DNA of 39,849 bases, taken from Priapulus caudatus. Taxonomy: Eukaryota. This document shows, piece after piece, positions 1 to 39,849 of this stretch (position 1 is the first letter of the stretch; every line of letters begins with the position of its first letter). The position numbers were made by a program, and so were the translations under genes. The stretch covers positions 859,707 to 899,555 of the forward strand of contig NW_014577086.1 in NCBI RefSeq assembly GCF_000485595.1. Direction: 5' to 3'. A model generated the notes under the pieces. The model saw only the letters and a program-made list of their open reading frames with translations, was not told the origin of the DNA and ran no database searches.

Positions 1-126
<126 letters not shown>

Positions 127-599
127 CGCGCGAAAGAGAGATGGAGAATAGAGAGGGGTGGAGAGTGAAGACCGCGAGCTTACAATGCCCATGCACTAGT
201 GGGTGCAAACCAGCGCGCATTCAGATGCAAATCGCCGGTAAATGCATTGCATTGGGGTTACGGGGCAATCTATATTATACCGGAAGCCATGATGTACTAT
301 TATTCGGATGCAAATAGATGTATACATTCTTGATTTCTCGCTGCAGATGCACTTTCTCCAACATCTTTCTTTAATTCGACAATATTCTCTGGAGCATAGT
401 TAGATTATTTCTTTTTCCGTGTGCGTTTATGGTACTACAGTTTAACGGCATAGTCGCGAGATACAGAAATATATAGCCGTGTTCACCGCTGAAGCCACTC
501 TATAGTTGAGATACTCCTGTCATTTGTACATGGTATTGTTTCTAAAGTTGCTAGCGTCGTTCATTTCTGTTTTGTACGTGACCGGTTCCGGTTAATTAT

Positions 600-823
600 G
601 CACGAAGGGTCGTTGTAGTATCAGGTACTACATATATGTACCCGAGGTAGTTTTAGGTTGTTTAGTATTATGTTTATATTTTTATATGAGGTGTTTTTAG
701 GGTTAGGGTTAGGGTTAAGGTTAGGGTACACTTCTGTAGTACAAGTCTGGTACACCTTGTGTATACATATATGTACCTCGGGTACATATATGTAGTACCT
801 GATACGACAACGACCCCTTCAGC
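600..823. mobile_element. MITE, probably Mutator/MULE-type, with internal (TTAGGG)5
   Basis: TIR of about 50 bp (GGGTCGTTGTAGTATCAGGTACTACATATATGTACCCGAGGTA and its reverse complement). 9-bp flanking duplication GTTAATTAT/GTTAATTAG. Telomeric hexamers at 697-726. Confidence 0.75.
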
Positions 824-2640
824 GTTAATTAGGTCCCTTATCTCCTTACGTCACCTCCCAGACACGCCAATACTCAGTTTATTGCCAGAATGTATGTTCG
901 TTACATTTCTTATGAAGGTTAGGCGTGGATGTAGAGATGCATTGCTGGTTGACTACTACTCAATATGTATCTGCTAATTAGCTTTAGCAGCTTTTTATTC
1001 TCCTCTTCTCGTTAGTCTAGGTCTTTTTGTGATGGCATGATTCTGTGTTTTTTCCCCGCTAGCGATATGCGTGCGGTAGTGGCGTAGTGTACGCTACGAT
1101 CTATGAGCGTTCATAATGAAAGATCCTTCACGGATCGTCGCTACTATCCGCCCACCACTACCGCGTAGAGTAGTAGATGGGGGAAGATCGGTAGAACAGG
1201 ATCGATTTCACTAGATGAGCTGTGGCAGGGGGTGAATGCTAACTGACGTGTGCGTACGACGTGGCTTCGTTGCTTTCTCGCGAATATGCCTGCGCGGGAA
1301 ACCTAGTCGTGGCCATAATAGAAAGACTAGGCATATCCGCTGAGACAGCTCTATGTGTTCGACGACGCATTGACGTCACATGGGTCACATAGTCACGACA
1401 ACTCCCCACCTCACCAACACCCAACGTACGCGAAATGGTTTCGGCCACGCTCAAGAGCATGTTACTGACAGTGCAAGGGTAAACACACTGGGCTGCGTCT
1501 GCTTGGCGGAACACTTGGCCCCGCCATCTGTCTTACCCTGTCTATGCTCAGGTATCCACTTTCATAACAGTGTTGCCGACTTCTACTATAAATACCGGCT
1601 CGCGGGGTTTCACTAACAGGGCATTCACCACAATGTTCATGCAGCATCAAAGAAAGACGAGCGAATTTGTGTAACGATAAAAGCGGTACTATTGAGAAAA
1701 ATGATACCATGATAATTATATAAAATGACGACTACCCACAATGGATGCAATCATTTGTCGTCTTCACAGAACACGCCGTTTGCGAGCACTATGGAGCAAG
1801 AAATTAGATTTAAAACGGCCACATTTCTTCAATTAGTATTAATATATTGGCAGATAGCCTTTCCGATTGGTGATGACTCGTTGAAAACGACGAACATTGT
1901 TGCGCGCGGCAGCGCAAAAACTTTTTTGCATTTTATTTGAATTTACTAAATAAAAATGATCGAACCTCAGAGAAGTTGTAACTAGTGTTTTGATGCCATT
2001 CACAATCTCAGCAAGACTATCTGTCTTTGTGACGTTATACACGCGTATATAGTGCGAGTGGCGTAAATAGAACACTCTGTGATCGTAGGCGCATATCTAT
2101 AGGAAAGCGGCTAATAACACTAAGAGCGTGGGTTCAAAATTTCTGGGCATTATAACTAAGCCATCGCAATCTAAACGTGGCGTTGTTGCGTCATTGAGTA
2201 TCGCATTTTCCTGTCACCAAAGTGACCCCGTAAATCGTTGTTGATGTCAACTACTAACGCGCGTTAAAATTCGGGTCAATCGGTTATTAATTTTGTCTAA
2301 AAATTCGTGTTTCGTGCTGGTCATTATCACGTGACGTTTAGTCATGGGTGGGTTTGTTCCGCTTGTTCACTGGTAAGCGGAGAAGCGTCATGGAGCGTTG
2401 AGATAGGATGGAGGTACGGAGTCGGCTGAGGTGTTCTGAGTGCATGAATCCAGGGTAGACGCAGACATGAACACGATTGATGTCAGTCCATGTGTCAATT
2501 CTGTTAATTTGTTGCAGAAGTGAAAGGATTTTAGCGGCGAAGTATTCAGCTAGGCGAAATTAATTAAAATGTGTTAAAAATATTGAAAAATGCTAAAGAG
2601 TAATCTCAATGATACAAACCCATCATTGTTACACTGAATT

Positions 2641-3136
2641 TTCGGATAATCCTGGTAACTAACAATACACTTTCAACAATACAGTGTGTATTGTTGAACA
2701 CCTTCTAACAATATGTGTATTGTTTGCAGAACATAACAAGAGATTGTTTCCTGAAATATTTTTTCTTATTGACCTTGATGCCACTGGTGCCATATCATGT
2801 AAAAATGTTTCGCATTTGTTATAATTGTTTTATCCATATGTTTAGGACCAAAATATTTTTAATTAACGATCTCGTCTTTGTTATAGTATCTATAGTGTTA
2901 TTTTAAGAAATATATAGGCCTAGCGATATTACTTTAATTAAACTTGAAATTGACATTTATTTAAATGAATTTATTGAAATGATTTTATTGATTTTATTGA
3001 ATTTATTGAAAATGAAATTGAATTTAAATACGCAGTTGTTAGGTTCTACAACAATACACATTATATTGTTAGAACGTGTTCAACAATACACACTGTATTG
3101 TTGAAAGTGTATTGTTAGTTACCAGGATTATCTGCG
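2641..3136. mobile_element. Non-autonomous CACTA/EnSpm-like element, copy 1
   Basis: Long TIR GATAATCCTGGTAACTAACAATACAC, many direct and inverted AACAATACAC subterminal repeats, AT-rich core. An inverted copy lies at 27335. Confidence 0.75.
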
Positions 3137-3873
3137 AATTTTATATTACTTTATAAGTAATGTCGTAATAAGGTCGCGGAATAATGGCGCAAGGTCCTAC
3201 GTCACGAGATGTAGGAAGAATCGGTTTTTCTTATAATGCATACCCACTTGCTATATATACTGATAAATTTATGCAGATATACACAAATAGTATGGTTAGG
3301 GCTGCATGATCAATTTAGAAGTGATCAGGACGCTAGGAGGAACTCGACTGACATGCGAGTGATCATAATTTTAGCTGAGGTTACGCTGACTACTCAGCAG
3401 GCACCTACGGGACACCCATCCTGTGTTGGCTAGAACTGTGTCTACAGTTCTATTGCTCTCACACGGACATACTCCTCATTCCGACGGGGTTGTTTGGAGA
3501 ATTATCTGTGACCGTTGCTCTTGTTTGCACCGAGGTCTCGATCCCACGCGCCTAAACACGCGAGCCATGGTCGGACTAACGGGTGCTTTACGCTGGATAG
3601 TGAAATCGGTGCCACTGATCCTGGGCCCGGTCGCAGCCCCTGGCATCCGCATTGAAATCCGACCCCAGGTCTGCTTAATTTTTGTTTTTATTGCTGGGCT
3701 GCTGCTGCTGCTGTTAAAGACATTGAATGTGTGGTGGAGCAGCGGCAGCGGTGACAGGGTTCGCCCCACTGCACGACGACAGCCTGTTGACCAAATAATG
3801 TTTGATAGCCGGAGTACAAAAGTCCCCGTGCTTGAGCACGCAATTATTAGCGAATGACGGAGTCGGTCTAGAG

Positions 3874-4088
3874 CAGTGGTTCTTAAGTTACCTGTGGTTC
3901 CTTAGTTACAAAGTGGTTCTTAGTTACCTGTGGTCCCTTTGGGATCCGTGGATGGGCTTCAAGGGGTCCGTGAACCTGCGCATAAACATTATTGTGTTTA
4001 TGTGCTTATGTGAATTTTTCTGGGGAGGGGTCCGTAGCTTGCACCAGATTTCCAAAGGGGTCCATGACCCAAAAAAGGTTAAGAACTG
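3874..4088. mobile_element. hAT-Charlie-type MITE
   Basis: Ends CAGTGGTTCTTAA...TTAAGAAC(---)TG. 8-bp TSD GTCTAGAG/GTCTAGGG fits the Charlie NTCTAGAN preference. Short internal duplication near the left end. Confidence 0.85.
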
Positions 4089-4571
4089 GTCTAGGGTCAG
4101 TGTGCAAACAGTAGTGCGAATATCCATGCGGCTATTCTGATCGTCTTCTCGCTTTCATGTTCCCTTGCTGCATATGAAACGTGGCGCCGTTTACCTTCTA
4201 GCGAAAATCAACGAGAAAATCGCATGTATCGATCTTGCTTGTGCGCCCAAGTCAATTGCAGACAAGGGAGGCTAATTAAATGGGCAGCCGGGCATCGCCT
4301 ATTCAGCGCAAGGTTTACACATCGTTACGCTAGGGTTGCGTTACCTTTCACGGTCGCTATTAGGGTGGAAGTTTACAGAGGGATGCCATTAGACCTAACG
4401 CTTTGCTTGCGGCTACCACTGTCTTACAATCAAGCCCCGTCCTAGCTCTACTTACTAGTGGAGCTCCTTTGATCCTGCTACAGGGAGAGCCCGTAGTGGA
4501 AGCGAAGGGGCTATAACAGTAAAGCTAGCCCTGTCTATGTGATTATCGCCGACTAATTGATTAGATACTAT

Positions 4572-4667
4572 CAGGGGTTAATAATGACAAATTGTGACAA
4601 AATGTGACAATTTGTGACAATTTGTGACAAATAATGACAAAATGACATTTGTCATTATTAACACTTA
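4572..4667. repeat. Mini fold-back element with 10-bp TTTGTGACAA tandem core
   Basis: Inverted ends GTTAATAATGACAAAT/ATTTGTCATTATTAAC. Confidence 0.65.
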
Positions 4668-4896
4668 GTAACTATATATAGTTGTTTTTACTGATACATT
4701 GATTGAGATAGCTTGTCGCGGTTATCGCAGTAAGGTGCACCTGGATAGTCGACTAAGAAATGTTCTTTGTGATCTGGTAAACATTTAAGATGGTGGATAC
4801 ATGAATCTCTATGTCCGCATGGCTATGTAAGAATATATATAGAACTCAGTTATATAAACCAATAAGAAAAAATATAAAATGTATAAATAAATATAT

Positions 4897-5470
<574 letters not shown>

Positions 5471-6035
5471 GCGTGTATTTTCATGCCGCTTGATCATTAT
5501 GGAACTCAACGGCCGATGCTCTCAGCCCGAAACTAAAAACGTAAACGAAACCATCGGATTAAACAAATAGCCTGGCGAGCGCACGCGTTGAGCTGGCTCT
5601 TATGACGTATTTCTTTTCTCGAATCCCTGACAGGTGGCGTTGCTATTACTCGGCTTTCTCTCCGTCGATTTACTTAACTTTTTGTGCTACGAGTCGTGTA
5701 ACACGACTCGTGTTTGCTTTATCATACGCTCCATCATACGCTCAAAAATCAAAACTAACAAAATAAGTTAACCGCGAATGAGAATTCTGGTCCTTTAAGA
5801 AAGGGCTCCCGAAAAAAGGCGGATGACGCAAAAAGGACTGCGGGTTGAGCATGCATGCGTAACTGGTCTCGCCTGCAGCTTTCTGATTTCGTAAGGCTGA
5901 GTGCTTGTTTCGCACTCGCAGTCGACTTCCCACGCAGCGCAAACCATCGGCATGATGTCGTTCGATCTACAGCTGGAGACATCAAACGATGTCTCGGCGT
6001 TCGCGGCCGTTCGCGGCGGCTCATGCTAGCGGCGT

Positions 6036-6448
6036 GGTTTATTCCCATTTCGCCATTTTCCCACTTCGCCATTTGCCATTTCGCCATTAAAAATTCCCAC
6101 TTCGCCATTTGCCATTTCGCCATTAAAAATTCCCACTTCGCCATTTCCCATTTCGCCATTTCCCGTTTCGCCATTTCCCACTTCGCCATTTTCCCATTTC
6201 GCCAGTTTTCCGTTTCGCCAGTTTCCCATTCCGCCATTTCGTCCTATCTTCCCGACTACCCCCTTGTTCGAGGTGGATTAAAAGTAGGCCTCTGTAATGA
6301 ATAAATTATAACAAATCTTTAGATATGGAGTCAACTATTTATTTGAAGAACAAGAAGGCGAAATCGTATATATCAAAACATATGGATCATGTACAGGCAC
6401 CCTATAACCCTAACTCTAACCCTAACCCTAGCCCTAACCCTAACCCTA

Positions 6449-6449
<1 letters not shown>
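6036..6449. mobile_element. Left half of a fold-back/MULE-like element (TTCGCCATTT arrays plus (TAACCC)n); duplicate of 9876-10285
   Basis: Same left end and flank as the 9876 copy. It stops abruptly at the telomeric repeat/(GT)n junction. Confidence 0.7.
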
Positions 6450-6500
<51 letters not shown>

Positions 6501-6513
6501 ATGTATGTATGTA

Positions 6514-6546
<33 letters not shown>

Positions 6547-6579
6547 ATGTATGTATGTATGTATGTATGTATGTATGTA
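6450..6579. repeat. (GT)n/(ATGT)n microsatellite
   Basis: Read directly. Confidence 0.95.
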
Positions 6580-7676
6580 TCGCAAATATGTATTAGTATA
6601 TGTATATCCAACAGGTTCCTTGCGAGTAATTTCCAATCCAGTGTGATATCTTCCGGTACCCTTTTAGCGCATTGGTTTTCGCTGGGTGTTCACTGGTTGT
6701 CGTCACAGATTTCAGCACTGCTGCCATGATAGTTCTAAAATGTTCGCGACGCGATAAATGCGCGAATGACGTGGGCGCGTCAATGCGTTAACTCGTGCAT
6801 CGTCAACGCTGATCGAGTGACTCATCTCCTCCATGTCTTCTTTTGTGATTGCCAGCTCCAACTTGTCTCCTCCGATCTCTCATTATTCTCTTCCTCCGAT
6901 CCACCACGCACCACCTCTAAGAACTACTATGAGTTTATTAATGTTAACGTTCCGGAACGTGATTAATTATGATTTCCACTAACCTTAGCATGCTTGTCTT
7001 GAGACCCCGCTAAGGATGTGTGAGAAACGTTGAAGGATATCGGTGAAACTCGAGAAATTGATCTGCTCATATTCGAGTAAGCCTGCATGTTAATTAAGTA
7101 TATCAGTAGAGTGTCACGCAGCAGATTGGGGAACTGAATGAGTAAAAAGTAGGCAGAAACAGGAGACAAATCCAAAACATGGATGACAGGCACAGGCATT
7201 AGATAATATGCATTACATGCAATTAATTTGAAAGGTATTTAAATAGCTTGACTGGGACAGACAAGGCACGGGCATGACGTTTCGTACTCGTGACTGCATA
7301 ATATTATTAGTTGCACTGTATAATTATAATATAATAATACATGTAGTGTATTGATACTATTTTGCTCAGCGAAATGAGGTTGCATACACACGAACATTCA
7401 AAAAGAAAATATGGTATCACGTGCAATCACGGAAATCGTAGCTATTTTATTCTAACATTCCTTTCAGTCATTGGTTCCAACATAATCACCACAAAGAAAT
7501 ACCGTTGTTGTTTCCCGATTTTTTAATATTGTGTTATAAATATCATTTCATCCGTTTTGCAATTAGAAATTATTTTTAGGAAGCTTATTATTTGTCATTT
7601 TAATTCATGTTTGATTGCATTATGTTATGTTTGTTTATTGTTTTGAAATTAATTTGTTTTCTAACCTTTCACACAG

Positions 7677-39849
<32,173 letters not shown>

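Noticed and set aside
1073..1164. 10-bp inverted repeat GCGGTAGTGG/CCACTACCGC
   Set aside because: Too short and has no TSD.
3423..3857. Overlapping 144-aa (+) and 97-aa (-) ORFs in GC-richer sequence
   Set aside because: No recognisable domain or splice signals. Possibly a decayed repeat, but not assignable.
5781..5798. GAATTCTGGTCCT-TTAA, resembling a Kolobok-type end
   Set aside because: No partner TIR found in the window.
5755..6304. MAKWE-repeat and FAI-repeat ORFs (also 10233-10779)
   Set aside because: Artefacts of the tandem-repeat arms of the fold-back element.
6405..6449. (TAACCC)n as a real chromosome end or fusion site
   Set aside because: Short, degenerate and internal to a transposon-like element.

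Overview
Eukaryotic genomic DNA from an invertebrate bilaterian draft assembly. It is rich in microsatellites and MITEs and has four N-gaps. The + strand carries the middle part of an ALK/LTK-family receptor tyrosine kinase gene. I reconstructed 13 GT-AG exons that join in one open frame (1892 nt, about 630 codons). They encode a probable linker, the glycine-rich/TNF-like domain, an EGF-like module, an extra 55-codon juxtamembrane exon, the transmembrane helix, the juxtamembrane region (EYNPNY) and the kinase N-lobe through the hinge. Both ends of the gene lie outside the window. The introns hold many non-autonomous DNA transposons: MULE-like elements carrying TTAGGG repeats, hAT-Charlie, CACTA-like, PIF/Harbinger-like, and a Sola-like element nested inside a CACTA-like TIR. 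They also hold minisatellites and a probable assembly false duplication. Most ORFs in the supplied track are simple-repeat artefacts. The most interesting observation is the symmetric 165-nt extra exon between the EGF and TM exons. All family assignments come from reading the sequence and from recall, not from database searches.
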